64,000 nucleotides of DNA from Candidatus Shapirobacteria bacterium (GCA_041661765.1 JBAZTV010000002.1:139130-203129); one strand, 5' to 3'. Shown: positions 30,380-41,001, counted from the first letter of the stretch. Notes: a model not told the origin generated them from the sequence alone. Made by a program: numbers and translations.

Positions 30380-31291
30380 ATGGATTTATCAGTCATAATT
30401 TTAAATTACAACTCTGCCGATTATCTAAAAAAATGTCTCGAAAGCATTACTAAATCAGATATTGATAATTATAAATATGAGGTAATTATTGTTGACAATA
30501 ATTCCACCGACGACAGCATAAAATTATCAAAGTCTATCCATTCACCTAATTTTAAATATCTCGAATTAAAAACTAATCAGGGTTTTGCTCACGGCAATAA
30601 TCAGGGTTTAAAAGAAATAAACCCAAAAATCAGACTCGTTCTTTTTCTAAACCCCGACACTATTGTTCAAAAAGACACTTTCAAAAAAATGATCGAATTT
30701 TTTAATCAAAACAAAAATATCGACGCTGCCACTTGCCAAATCAATTTAGCTCTCACCGGGAAAATGCAACCAGAATGCCATCGTGGTTTTCCTACCCCTT
30801 GGAATTCTCTGTGTTATTTTACAGGTCTGTCAAAATTATTTCCCCATTCAAAAATATTCTCCGGCTATTTTATGGGCAATTTAGACAAAACTGTTCCACA
30901 TAAAATTGATGCCTGTGTCGGCGCTTTTCTAATGGTCAAAAAAGAAGTCGGCGACAAAATCAAATGGTGGAATGAAAAATATTTTTTCTATGGTGAAGAT
31001 CTTGATTTTTGTTATCAATTAAAACAAAATAATTTTAATTTATATTTTAATCCAAATTGTAAAATAACCCATTTTCAGGGAGTTTCTTCTGGTTTAATTA
31101 ACAAAAGCAAACATCTTTCCAAAGCCTCACGACAAACTAAAATCAAAGTTGCTAAAGCCAGCACTCAAGCCATGAGAATTTTTTATCAAGAAAATTTATT
31201 TTCCCATTATTCAATTTTCACCAAATTTTTAGTCATGTCCGGCATTCAATTACTAGAACTCAAAAGAGTCTTCAAAGCCAAATATTTATGA
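30380..31291 (+). CDS. glycosyltransferase family 2
   Basis: MDLSVIILNYNSADYLKKCLESI...IIVDNNSTDDS. Confidence 0.75.
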   Translation: MDLSVIILNYNSADYLKKCLESITKSDIDNYKYEVIIVDNNSTDDSIKLSKSIHSPNFKYLELKTNQGFAHGNNQGLKEINPKIRLVLFLNPDTIVQKDTFKKMIEFFNQNKNIDAATCQINLALTGKMQPECHRGFPTPWNSLCYFTGLSKLFPHSKIFSGYFMGNLDKTVPHKIDACVGAFLMVKKEVGDKIKWWNEKYFFYGEDLDFCYQLKQNNFNLYFNPNCKITHFQGVSSGLINKSKHLSKASRQTKIKVAKASTQAMRIFYQENLFSHYSIFTKFLVMSGIQLLELKRVFKAKYL

Positions 31292-32412
31292 AACAACATA
31301 TTGTTATCGATGCTCGTCTCTACGGATCTAAACACACTGGCATTGGCCGTTACACTAAAAATCTTCTCAAAGCCTTAACTGAATTGTCCGATTTTAAAAA
31401 ATATAAATTCACCTTAATTATTTACACAAATTTAGAAAACGAAATCAAAAAAGATTTAGGCGACAATTTTAATTATGTCACCACTAATATCCAACATTAC
31501 TCTCTAAATGAACAGCTTTTTTTACCTTTTTTAATTTATAAATTAAATCCCGATTTGGTCCACTTTACCCATTTTAATAAACCGATTCTTTATTTCAAAA
31601 AATCAGTCGTCACCATTCATGATTTAATCAAACATTTTTCTAAAGGCAAAGACACCACCACTAAAAACCAATTTTTATACCAAATAAAATATTTTTTTTA
31701 TCTAATTTTAATTCGCATCACTATTACTCAAAATCAAATAATTGTCCCCAGTAACTACTGGCGTGATTTTTTAATCAAAAAATATCATTTAAAAGATTTT
31801 CGAATCATTACTACTTATGAAGCTGTCGATCCAACTTTCTTAACCAATACTAAAAACGAAATCATTATTAAAAACCCCAAAAACTATTTGGTTTATACCG
31901 GCAATCTTTATCCTCATAAAAACATTATTATTGTTTTAAAAGCCCTTCAAAAACTACCAGACATCAAATTAAAAATTATTTGTGCTCGTGATTTTTTTAG
32001 CGAAAAATTATCAAAACAAATTAATCATCTAAAACTTAAAAAACAAGTTGAATTTCTCGGTTATCTCGACGACAAACAATTTAAAGAAGTTTATAAACAA
32101 GCCTTAGCTTTAATTCATCCGTCTTTAATGGAAGGTTTCAGCCTTACTGGTCTTGAAGCCATGGCTCTAAATTGCCCTGTAATTTCTTCAAATGCAAGCT
32201 GTCTCCCTGAAATTTATGGCGATTCTGTTCTTTATTTCGACCCAAATAATTCCGATGAATTAGTCCAAAAAATTAATCAATTAAAAAACAATTTGGAGCT
32301 ACGTCAAAAATTAATTAATCTCGGACATCAGCAAATCAAAAAATATTCTTGGAATAAAACCGCCAAAAAAACCATGGCCGTTTATGAAAAATTATTATGC
32401 GAAACGAAGTGA
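31288..32412 (+). CDS. glycosyltransferase family 4
   Basis: 374 aa. HPSLMEGFSLTGLEAMALNCPVISSNASCLPEIYG. Confidence 0.75.
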   Translation: MKQHIVIDARLYGSKHTGIGRYTKNLLKALTELSDFKKYKFTLIIYTNLENEIKKDLGDNFNYVTTNIQHYSLNEQLFLPFLIYKLNPDLVHFTHFNKPILYFKKSVVTIHDLIKHFSKGKDTTTKNQFLYQIKYFFYLILIRITITQNQIIVPSNYWRDFLIKKYHLKDFRIITTYEAVDPTFLTNTKNEIIIKNPKNYLVYTGNLYPHKNIIIVLKALQKLPDIKLKIICARDFFSEKLSKQINHLKLKKQVEFLGYLDDKQFKEVYKQALALIHPSLMEGFSLTGLEAMALNCPVISSNASCLPEIYGDSVLYFDPNNSDELVQKINQLKNNLELRQKLINLGHQQIKKYSWNKTAKKTMAVYEKLLCETK

Positions 32413-33512
32413 AGTCCGCCTCTGGTGGAAAAAAGCCAAAAATTGCTCTGTTCTATGATTGGTTAAATCAATGGGGTGGAGCCGAAAAAGTTTTACTTGA
32501 CTTAATTAAACTTTATCCTGAAGCTCCAATTTATACACTTGTCCACGATCCAAAAAAAACTAAATGGCTTCCAAAAAATACTAAAATTATTGCCTCATTT
32601 ATAAACAATCTTCCATTTTCAAAAAACAATCCAATTTTTTACACTCCATTATATTCAATTGCTCTCGAACAATTTGATTTTTCTCAATACGACATCATTA
32701 TTTCTACTACCCAAGTCTGCGGTCACTGTTTTATAACTCAACCAAAAACTCTTTACGTTTGCTATTTCCATAATATTAATCGTTACGTTTATCAAACTCC
32801 GCCCCAATTCCAAATTTTAAAACCGCTTCTAAATCAATATAAAAAAATAGATTTTGTTTATGGTCAACGACCTAACTATTTGTTTTGTAATTCAAAAACA
32901 GTTCAAAAGAGAATTAAAAATGCCTACAAAAGAGAAGCAAAAATAATTTATCCTGGCATCGACACTTCTTTTTTTATTCCTTCAAAAATAAATCCAACTG
33001 AAAAATATTTTTTAATTGTTTCCCGTCTAGTTTCCCATAAAAAAATCGATCTAGCCATTAAAGCCTGTCATAGATTGAATCAAAAATTATACATTGTCGG
33101 CACCGGCCGCGATAAAAATAAATTAATTAATCTAATCGATTCCATAAATGATTCAAATATAAAATTATTAGGAAAGGTTGATAATAATAAATTATTAAAT
33201 CTTTATCAAAATTGTCAGGCTTTAATTTGCCCTCAGTTAGAAGATTTTGGTCTAACTCCACTCGAAGCCCAAGCTTGTGGTAAACCAATTATTGCCTATA
33301 ATAAGGGAGGTTTAACTGAAACTATAAATTTAAAAACCGGAATATTTTTTAAAAATCAAACCGTAAAAAGTATTATTCATGCCATCAAAAAATTTAATCC
33401 CAAAGATTTTTCGCCATCTGATTGTATTTCTAATGCTGCCAAATTTTCTATCCAAAATTTTATGCTAAACTTTAAAAAAGAAATTAACCTCTTATGGCAG
33501 AATCATCAATAA
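32397..33512 (+). CDS. glycosyltransferase family 4
   Basis: 371 aa. The N-terminus KSASGGKKPKIALFYDWLNQWGGAEKVLLDL includes a mini-element-like sequence (32415-32437). Confidence 0.7.
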   Translation: MRNEVKSASGGKKPKIALFYDWLNQWGGAEKVLLDLIKLYPEAPIYTLVHDPKKTKWLPKNTKIIASFINNLPFSKNNPIFYTPLYSIALEQFDFSQYDIIISTTQVCGHCFITQPKTLYVCYFHNINRYVYQTPPQFQILKPLLNQYKKIDFVYGQRPNYLFCNSKTVQKRIKNAYKREAKIIYPGIDTSFFIPSKINPTEKYFLIVSRLVSHKKIDLAIKACHRLNQKLYIVGTGRDKNKLINLIDSINDSNIKLLGKVDNNKLLNLYQNCQALICPQLEDFGLTPLEAQACGKPIIAYNKGGLTETINLKTGIFFKNQTVKSIIHAIKKFNPKDFSPSDCISNAAKFSIQNFMLNFKKEINLLWQNHQ

Positions 33513-34588
33513 AACACTATATTTTTATTCTTTGCGGTGGAACCGGTCCCCGTCTTTGGCCTCTATCTCGAAAAAGCAAGCCTAAACAATTTCTCTCTTT
33601 TTTTAATAAAAAATCGATTTTAGAACAGACGATTAAAAGATCTCAACGTATTGCCGATAATAAAAATATTTACATCGTTTCTGGAAATGATTATATCGAT
33701 CGAATCCTTAAAATTGCCAAAGACTTTAATTTAACTAAAAACATAATTATTGAACCAGAAAAGAAAAATACCGCTCTGGCTATTCTTTTTGCCACTATCA
33801 AAATTAAACAAATAGACCCTAATGCTATCATTAGCACTTTTCCTTCTGATCACTACATTAAAAACACCGCTCGTTTAAAACAAACTCTCAATAAAGCTAA
33901 AACAATCGCTAATATTACTGACACCATTGTCACTATTGGTATTAAACCCACCAAACCAGATTCATCATATGGCTATATTTGCCCCAACCAAAAAATAGAC
34001 GATTACTACAATGTCTCCAAATTCATCGAAAAACCAAATCTTAAAAAAGCCGAAAAATTAATTGAAAAAAAATCTTACTGGAATTCAGGTATTTATACTT
34101 TTTCCGTTTCCACTTTGCTTTCTGAATTTGAAAAATTACAACCAGATTATTTTAACATAGCCATGGATTTAGAAAAAAATTTAGACTATCCAAAAAAAAT
34201 AGAACAAATATATAAACAATCTCCAAATTTATCCATTGATAAAGCTATCTCCGAAAAAACATCAAAAATAACTATGGTTCCAGCAACTTTCGATTGGAAT
34301 GATATTGGCGAATGGCATACTATTTTCAAAAGTTTACCCAAAAAAAAAGATAACAATGCTATTATTGACTCTAAAACTCAATTTTTAAGTACTAACTCCC
34401 AAAATTGTTTGATTTCTGGTCAAGATAAAAAATTAATCGGATTAGTTGGTGTGAATAATTTAGCTATAATTGACACTCCCGACGCTCTTTTAATTTGTAA
34501 TTTAGACTCTAGTTATAACGTTCGAGATTTAGTAAGCTTGATGGTGAAAAGTAAAAAATACAAAAAATACTTTTTAAATGAAAAATGA
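33494..34588 (+). CDS. manC: mannose-1-phosphate guanylyltransferase (NTP-transferase)
   Basis: The N-terminus YIFILCGGTGPRLWPLSRKSKPKQFL is the ManC/CpsB signature. Confidence 0.7.
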   Translation: MAESSIKHYIFILCGGTGPRLWPLSRKSKPKQFLSFFNKKSILEQTIKRSQRIADNKNIYIVSGNDYIDRILKIAKDFNLTKNIIIEPEKKNTALAILFATIKIKQIDPNAIISTFPSDHYIKNTARLKQTLNKAKTIANITDTIVTIGIKPTKPDSSYGYICPNQKIDDYYNVSKFIEKPNLKKAEKLIEKKSYWNSGIYTFSVSTLLSEFEKLQPDYFNIAMDLEKNLDYPKKIEQIYKQSPNLSIDKAISEKTSKITMVPATFDWNDIGEWHTIFKSLPKKKDNNAIIDSKTQFLSTNSQNCLISGQDKKLIGLVGVNNLAIIDTPDALLICNLDSSYNVRDLVSLMVKSKKYKKYFLNEK

Positions 34589-35223
34589 AAAAAATATTAT
34601 TCAAAATATTCAAAAGAACAATTGATTTTATTAGTTCATTATTTCTTCTCATTTTATTTTCCCCAATTATATTAATTACAATGATATTAATTAAAATCAG
34701 CTCTCCAGGTCCAATTTTCTTTAGACAAAAAAGAGTCGGTAAAAACAATCACCAATTTTGGATGTACAAATTCCGTTCCATGTATACTGGTGATAATGAT
34801 AAAAGACTAAGAGAAAATTACCCTGAACTTTGGAAAAAATATAAAGACGGTGGTTGGAAATTAGAAATGTCCCAAGATCCTCGTATCACCCCAATCGGTA
34901 AAAAAATTAGATCTCTCACTATCGACGAATTTCCTCAACTAATTAATGTACTAAAAGGGGATATGAGTTTGGTTGGACCCAGAGCCTATCGAGAAGAAGA
35001 ACTTCAAGAACAAGAAAAAAAATATCCTAAAACCAAAAAATATATTGATATTATTAGATCCGCTAAACCAGGCATTACCGGTGTTTGGCAAACTAGTGGT
35101 CGAAATGATATTTCTTTCGAACAACGAGCCAAAATGGATGCCGAATATATTAAAAAACAATCATTTTTTGATGAAATACTTATAATTTTAAAAACTCCAA
35201 CATCTATGTTGTCTCGTTGGTAA
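34585..35223 (+). CDS. initiating sugar-phosphate transferase (bacterial sugar transferase, WbaP/PglC-like)
   Basis: One N-terminal TM helix, then SPGPIFFRQKRVGKNNHQFWMYKFRSM...DEFPQLINVLKGDMSLVGPRA. Confidence 0.8.
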   Translation: MKKILFKIFKRTIDFISSLFLLILFSPIILITMILIKISSPGPIFFRQKRVGKNNHQFWMYKFRSMYTGDNDKRLRENYPELWKKYKDGGWKLEMSQDPRITPIGKKIRSLTIDEFPQLINVLKGDMSLVGPRAYREEELQEQEKKYPKTKKYIDIIRSAKPGITGVWQTSGRNDISFEQRAKMDAEYIKKQSFFDEILIILKTPTSMLSRW

Positions 35224-35242
35224 TTTTAAGTTAAACTTTAAT

Positions 35243-37237
35243 ATGGAACAGTCAACACCAAACACGCCTCCAATTATTTCCACCACACCACCAGTCATTT
35301 CATCAATCAAACATTCCATGTCTCCAACCAAAATTAAGCCTGAGTCTGATTCCAAAAAAATAATTAAAAAAAGAATTCTTTCGGTTCTTTACGTCCTTTT
35401 GATTATTTTTTCTGTTTTGGCGGTATTATTTTTCTTTTTAATTTTTGTTCCTGGACAAAAAATATATGCTCAAATTGGAAAAATTAAAGAATCTGTTCCT
35501 GTATTTAAACAAGCTATTAACGATAAAGATTTAATTAAAGTTAAAGAAACTTTAATTACCATTAAAACTCAAACTGCTTCTATTGAATCCAGTTATAAAA
35601 AATTCTTCTGGACTAAAAATTTACCTATTATCGGAAATTATTACAAAGATGGTCAACAAGTTTTAATTATTGCCAAAGAAGGAATTGAAACAGGGGAGAT
35701 TTTAACTCAAGCTATTGAACCATATAAAGATTTTTTAGGTGTTAAAGGTGGTTCTGTAAATAGTGAACAAACTACTGCAGATCGCATTACCTTTTTAACT
35801 CAGTCAGTCGAAGGATTAATTCCATATTTAGACCAAATCGAAACTAAAATTACCACTATGCAAAACGCCGCCGACAAAATCGACGCTTCTCGTTATCCAG
35901 AAGAATTCAAAGGTTATATTATAAAATCCAATATTACCAAGCTTCAAGAAACAATTAATGAAACTCATAAATTAGTTAAAGAAGATAAACCAATAATTTC
36001 CAAGATATCATGGCTTTTAGGCAAAGACAGCCCCAGAAAATATCTATTAGTTTTTCAAAACGATGCTGAACTCAGACCAAGTGGAGGTTTTTGGACTGCC
36101 TACAGTACTTTAATTGTTAAGGACGGTAAAGTAACCCCTGGTACTGCCAGTAATATTTATGATCTTGACGATAAGCTAAACAGTAAAGTTTCAGCCCCAA
36201 GATTAATTAAGTCATATCACATAAATGTACCTTACCTTACTCTTCGTGACAGTAATCTTTCACCTGACTTTCCAGCCGATGCTCAAATATTTTTAGAACA
36301 ATATATTAAAGCTATGGGCGGTAAAGATAAATTCGATGCTGTAATTGCTATTGATACTAAGTTATTAGTCGATATGGTTGGAATCTTAGGAAAATTAGAC
36401 ACCAGAGTTGGAACTTTTACCACCAATCCCGACAAAAGATGCGATGGCTGTCCTTCTATAATTTACGAATTAGAATGGATTTCAGGACGACCAAGAAATT
36501 ATATTGAAAAAAATCGAAAAGATTTTTTAAACCCTTTAATGTCATCATTACTAGCAAATTTAATGGGAGCAGAAAAATCAAAAATGGGATCAATAATAGA
36601 AGCTGGCCTAAAAAATATTAATGAAAAACATATTATGTTTTATTTTCCAGACGAAGAAATGCAAAAAATTGGAAACTTAGCCAATATTACTGGAAAAATA
36701 ATTGACGTTGACAAAAGTGTTGATTATATTCATTTAAATGATGCTAATTTCGCCAGTGCTAAAAGTAATATCTTTATTACTCAAAAAATTAAACACGATA
36801 TTACTATTAAAAATGGAGTAGCTGAACACAAAATTTCCGTAACTTACGATAATCCAAGCGCTGCATCAAACTGTAATTTAGAAAAAGGCGATCTGTGCTT
36901 AAATGCCGCTCAATATCGTGACTTATTCAGATTTTACGTTCCAATCGGTTCTAAACTTATTAAAATGACTGGTTCAGAAGTTGAGGTGGAGCCTTATGAA
37001 GAATTAAATAAATTAGTTTTTGAAGGTTTTTATGGCAACAAATATGCCTTAAATGCCAAATCAAATCTTAAAACTTCAGTGCAATATACATCAGGGGCTA
37101 CCATCGGATCAACCTATACTCTAGTACTTCAAAAACAACCAGGAACAAAACCAATTGAATATGGATTAACTATAAACGGTGAAGAACAGCCAACTTTTCA
37201 ATGGGCGGCCGATAAAACCATCAAATTTTCTCTATAA
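35243..37237 (+). CDS. DUF4012-like membrane-anchored protein
   Basis: An N-terminal TM helix, then KYLLVFQNDAELRPSGGFWTAYSTLIVKDGKV, which resembles the DUF4012 core. The domain is common next to glycan loci. Confidence 0.45.
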   Translation: MEQSTPNTPPIISTTPPVISSIKHSMSPTKIKPESDSKKIIKKRILSVLYVLLIIFSVLAVLFFFLIFVPGQKIYAQIGKIKESVPVFKQAINDKDLIKVKETLITIKTQTASIESSYKKFFWTKNLPIIGNYYKDGQQVLIIAKEGIETGEILTQAIEPYKDFLGVKGGSVNSEQTTADRITFLTQSVEGLIPYLDQIETKITTMQNAADKIDASRYPEEFKGYIIKSNITKLQETINETHKLVKEDKPIISKISWLLGKDSPRKYLLVFQNDAELRPSGGFWTAYSTLIVKDGKVTPGTASNIYDLDDKLNSKVSAPRLIKSYHINVPYLTLRDSNLSPDFPADAQIFLEQYIKAMGGKDKFDAVIAIDTKLLVDMVGILGKLDTRVGTFTTNPDKRCDGCPSIIYELEWISGRPRNYIEKNRKDFLNPLMSSLLANLMGAEKSKMGSIIEAGLKNINEKHIMFYFPDEEMQKIGNLANITGKIIDVDKSVDYIHLNDANFASAKSNIFITQKIKHDITIKNGVAEHKISVTYDNPSAASNCNLEKGDLCLNAAQYRDLFRFYVPIGSKLIKMTGSEVEVEPYEELNKLVFEGFYGNKYALNAKSNLKTSVQYTSGATIGSTYTLVLQKQPGTKPIEYGLTINGEEQPTFQWAADKTIKFSL

Positions 37238-37797
37238 TGGATAAATACCAAAACACAATTGGTATTGTTATTAATAAAAAAACAATCAAAGAAACTGATT
37301 TATTAATAACACTTTTAACCCCAAGGAATGGAAAAATCGTTGCACTAGCTAAAGGTGCTAAAAATATCAAAAGCAGTCGTTTAAGTTCTCTTCAACTCGG
37401 CAACATCATTAAAGCCCAACTTTACCAAAAAAATGACTTTCTTTGGTTGTCCGAATCTCAAACTATCACTCCATTTTTGCAAGGTGAAAAAAATCTCACC
37501 CAATTAAATTTATTATTTTATTTTTTGGAAATTTTAAATCGTCTCATCGCTGAAAATCAACAAATTGAAAATATTTATAAAATTTCCCAAGAAATTATCG
37601 ATGCCATCAACCAAAATCAACTTAACCGCTACATTAAAAATGAAATTATTTTTTTAGAAGCTCTCGGCTTTGGTGTCCCTGACGAAATTAATCTATATTT
37701 TCAAAAAAAAGATTACAAAACAACTCAACAATTAATCAAAGGCTTCTTTGAATCCATTATCGAAAAACCATTAGAAAGCAATAAGCTTTTTAAGTAA
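37237..37797 (+). CDS. recO: RecO-like recombination mediator (short form, OB-fold N-terminal domain)
   Basis: MDKYQNTIGIVINKKTIKETDLLITLLTPRNGKIVALAKGA fits the RecO N-terminus. At 186 aa it lacks the Zn-finger. Confidence 0.4.
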   Translation: MDKYQNTIGIVINKKTIKETDLLITLLTPRNGKIVALAKGAKNIKSSRLSSLQLGNIIKAQLYQKNDFLWLSESQTITPFLQGEKNLTQLNLLFYFLEILNRLIAENQQIENIYKISQEIIDAINQNQLNRYIKNEIIFLEALGFGVPDEINLYFQKKDYKTTQQLIKGFFESIIEKPLESNKLFK

Positions 37798-37816
37798 TCT
37801 CAGGTTATAATATTCC

Positions 37817-39139
37817 ATGGCAGAAAAAAATCAAACTGAACTCGTTAGTAAGATCGTTAGTCTTTGTAAAAGACGTGGAATTATTTTTCAAAACTCAGAA
37901 ATCTATGGCGGTGTCCAAGGTTTTTATGACTATGGTCCTATTGGTTCTTTAATGAAACTAAATTGGAAAAACCTTTGGTGGAATGATAACGTCATTAAAC
38001 GCCGCGATGTTGTCGGTATTGATGGTTCAATAATAACTCATCCAACTGTTTGGCAAGCTTCTGGCCATGTCAAAAATTTTGCCGATATTATGGTTGAATG
38101 TAAATCTTGTCACAAAAGATTTCGTCCTGACCTTCTCGATGATCCATCAAAATGTCCAGAATGTGATGGTCAATTTACTAAAGGTCGTAAATATAATATT
38201 TTATTTGAGACCGAAATTGGTGTCATCGAAGGTGAAAAACAACACGCTTATTTAAGAGGTGAAGCATGTCAAACTATTTATCTCGATTTTAAAAATATTG
38301 TCGATTCTTGTCGTGTCAAAATTCCTTTTGGTATTGCTCAAATCGGAAAAGCTTTCCGAAATGAAATCACTCCAAAAAATTTTCTTTATCGTACTCGCGA
38401 ATTTGAGCAATGGGATATTCAATATTTTGTCCATCCAACCGAAATGGATAAATGGTTCGAATATTGGAAAAAAAATCGCATGACTTGGTATCAAAAATTA
38501 TTCAATAATCCAGAAAATCTTCGCTTTCGTCAACATGAGAAAGACGAATTGGTTTTTTATGCCAAAAAAGCATTTGATATTGAATATAATACCCCTTGGG
38601 GTTGGGCAGAAATGGAAGGAATTCATTGGCGTTCTGATTATGATTTAACTCAACATTCTAAATTCAGTGGCCAAGATCTTTCGTATTTAGATCCAATCAC
38701 TCACGAAAAATATTTACCACATATCACCGAAACTTCTGGTGGTGTCGACCGTAGTTTCTTTTTCATACTTCTCGATGCTTACCGTGAAGAAAAAAATGAA
38801 TCAAGTGAAATTCGCACTGTTTTAAAAATAAATCCAAAAATTTCTGCCTATAAAATGGCAATTCTTCCACTTGCCGCCAATAAACCAGAACTGATCAAAA
38901 AAGCTGAAGATATTTTTCAAAAATTAAATGAAAAATATTCAGTTGATTGGGATGATAGTAGTAATATTGGTAAAAAATATCGCCGTCAAGACGAAATTGG
39001 TACTCCTTGGTGTTTAGTTGTTGATTATCAAACTCTCGAAGACAATACTGTCAGTATCCGCGACAGAGATACTATGAAGCAAATAAGAATTAAAACTGAT
39101 GAAGTTGACAATTGGTTGGAAAAACAGTTAAATAAATAA
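37817..39139 (+). CDS. glyQS: glycine--tRNA ligase (dimeric class II)
   Basis: IIFQNSEIYGGVQGFYDYGPIGSLMKLNWKNLWW and class II motifs. 440 aa. Confidence 0.9.
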   Translation: MAEKNQTELVSKIVSLCKRRGIIFQNSEIYGGVQGFYDYGPIGSLMKLNWKNLWWNDNVIKRRDVVGIDGSIITHPTVWQASGHVKNFADIMVECKSCHKRFRPDLLDDPSKCPECDGQFTKGRKYNILFETEIGVIEGEKQHAYLRGEACQTIYLDFKNIVDSCRVKIPFGIAQIGKAFRNEITPKNFLYRTREFEQWDIQYFVHPTEMDKWFEYWKKNRMTWYQKLFNNPENLRFRQHEKDELVFYAKKAFDIEYNTPWGWAEMEGIHWRSDYDLTQHSKFSGQDLSYLDPITHEKYLPHITETSGGVDRSFFFILLDAYREEKNESSEIRTVLKINPKISAYKMAILPLAANKPELIKKAEDIFQKLNEKYSVDWDDSSNIGKKYRRQDEIGTPWCLVVDYQTLEDNTVSIRDRDTMKQIRIKTDEVDNWLEKQLNK

Positions 39140-39140
39140 T

Positions 39141-39857
39141 ATGAAGAAATCAATAATAATTTTTATTTCAATTAGTGTTATCATTTTAGTCTCATTAATT
39201 TTATTTTTTACGTTAGGTAAAAAAAATACTTCTAATACTAAAATCACCACTAAAAATACTACTCCAGTCACTAAAAAAATTGAATTATCCGCCGATGAAA
39301 AACCCTACATTAGCCTTATTCCCAGTTCTGAAGGCCATAATTTAATTTTTAAAGTTAAAGACATTCCGACTAAATTTACCACCGCCGAATATGAGTTAAT
39401 CTACACTGCTAAAGATGAAAATATAGAAATCGAAAAAGGAGTCAGCGGTACAATTGAGTTATCCGGAGGTGTTTTTGAAAAAGACCTATTATTAGGCACT
39501 GCCAGCTGCACCAACGGTTGTAAATATAAATACGATGAAGGTGTCACTGGAGGAATCCTCACCCTTACTCTAAAAACAAATAATAAAGAATACTTCTCTT
39601 ACGAAACGCCATTCGTTCTAACAAATTCCACCGATATTAATAAAGAAAAAAAATTAACTCTAATTGAAGAAAATTTTATTATCAATGGCACTGTCACTTC
39701 TAAAAGTGATTATTTCATCGCTCTTAAAAATTTACAATCCCTTTATTCCGTCTTCTCCAGTGGTAATGGTAAAGGCAAAATCACTTCAATTGAGCCAGCC
39801 ACTGTTATTAAAACTGACTTAACCTCAATAACTGGTGATTACACTATTACTCAATAA
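39141..39857 (+). CDS. hypothetical membrane-anchored/secreted protein
   Basis: N-terminal TM helix. No recognisable domain. Confidence 0.3.
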   Translation: MKKSIIIFISISVIILVSLILFFTLGKKNTSNTKITTKNTTPVTKKIELSADEKPYISLIPSSEGHNLIFKVKDIPTKFTTAEYELIYTAKDENIEIEKGVSGTIELSGGVFEKDLLLGTASCTNGCKYKYDEGVTGGILTLTLKTNNKEYFSYETPFVLTNSTDINKEKKLTLIEENFIINGTVTSKSDYFIALKNLQSLYSVFSSGNGKGKITSIEPATVIKTDLTSITGDYTITQ

Positions 39858-40741
39858 TGGAATTTCACACTCCCGTTCTATTAAGTGAAACCATTGATCT
39901 TCTTGATGTCCAAAAAAATAAAATTTATATTGATGGTACCCTCGGTCATGGTGGACACACTCTAGAAATTCTCAAAAAAGGTGGCATCGTTTATGGTATC
40001 GATCAAGATCCAAAAAATTTAGAAATCGCCATCAATCGAATCAAAGAAGCAGGATTTGAAAAACAATTTTTTCCAATTCACAATAATTTTAATCAATTAG
40101 AAAATATTATTAATAAAAAGATTAAACAAAAGATCGACGGTATAGTAATTGATCTCGGTATCAGTCAAAATCAACAAACAGATCAAGACAGGGGGTTTTC
40201 ATTTAATGACGAAAACTCTCTCGATATGAGATTAGATCCAGAAAATCAGGAATTAACCGCCGAAGAAATTATTAACACCTACAACTACGACGAACTTTTT
40301 GAAATATTTAGTAAATATGCCCAAGAGGTTTATAGTAAGCCATTAATTTTAAAAATAATTCGCGAGCGTCAAAAATCACCAATAAAAACTGCCACAAGAC
40401 TGGCAAATATTATTAGAGACTTTTACAAAGAACGCCATTTAAAATCTAAAATCGACCCCAGTACTAAAATATTTTTAAGTCTCAGAATTGTCGTCAACGA
40501 TGAATTTAATAATTTAAAAAATATTCTTATCCAAAGTTTAAAAATAGTCGCCTCAAATGGTAATGTCTGTATAATTTCTTTTAATTCCGGTGAAGATCGA
40601 ATTGTTAAACAATTTATCAGGAAATATGCTGATCAAAAAACTATTATCGAAAATAAAAAATCTATTAAAACCTCTTTTCAAGAAATAAAGAAAAACCCTT
40701 TATCTCGCTCAGCCACCTTAAGATCGTATAGAATAGTATAA
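39857..40741 (+). CDS. rsmH: 16S rRNA (cytosine1402-N4)-methyltransferase
   Basis: MEFHTPVLLSETIDLL...YIDGTLGHGGH. First gene of the dcw cluster. Confidence 0.9.
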   Translation: MEFHTPVLLSETIDLLDVQKNKIYIDGTLGHGGHTLEILKKGGIVYGIDQDPKNLEIAINRIKEAGFEKQFFPIHNNFNQLENIINKKIKQKIDGIVIDLGISQNQQTDQDRGFSFNDENSLDMRLDPENQELTAEEIINTYNYDELFEIFSKYAQEVYSKPLILKIIRERQKSPIKTATRLANIIRDFYKERHLKSKIDPSTKIFLSLRIVVNDEFNNLKNILIQSLKIVASNGNVCIISFNSGEDRIVKQFIRKYADQKTIIENKKSIKTSFQEIKKNPLSRSATLRSYRIV

Positions 40742-40742
40742 G

Positions 40743-41000
40743 ATGCTAAACAAACCATTTTTTTTACTCATCTTTTTTTTGATCATCATTCAAGTCGTCT
40801 TTTCATTTTATTATTCCAGTGAAATTATTAATCAAAATAATCTAATCAATCAAAATCAAGTTACTCTTCAATCTTTTAAAATTGAAAATCAAGAATTAGA
40901 GGAAAAATTAGCCATCCTTTCTTCTTTAACCAAAATTGAAGCCACTGCCAGTCAAAAAAAATATATAAATTTGAAAGAAACTATTAATCTCAAAAATTAA
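40743..41000 (+). CDS. ftsL: FtsL-like small bitopic cell-division protein
   Basis: 85 aa with one TM helix followed by a coiled-coil region. It sits between rsmH and ftsI. Confidence 0.45.
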   Translation: MLNKPFFLLIFFLIIIQVVFSFYYSSEIINQNNLINQNQVTLQSFKIENQELEEKLAILSSLTKIEATASQKKYINLKETINLKN

Positions 41001-41001
41001 A

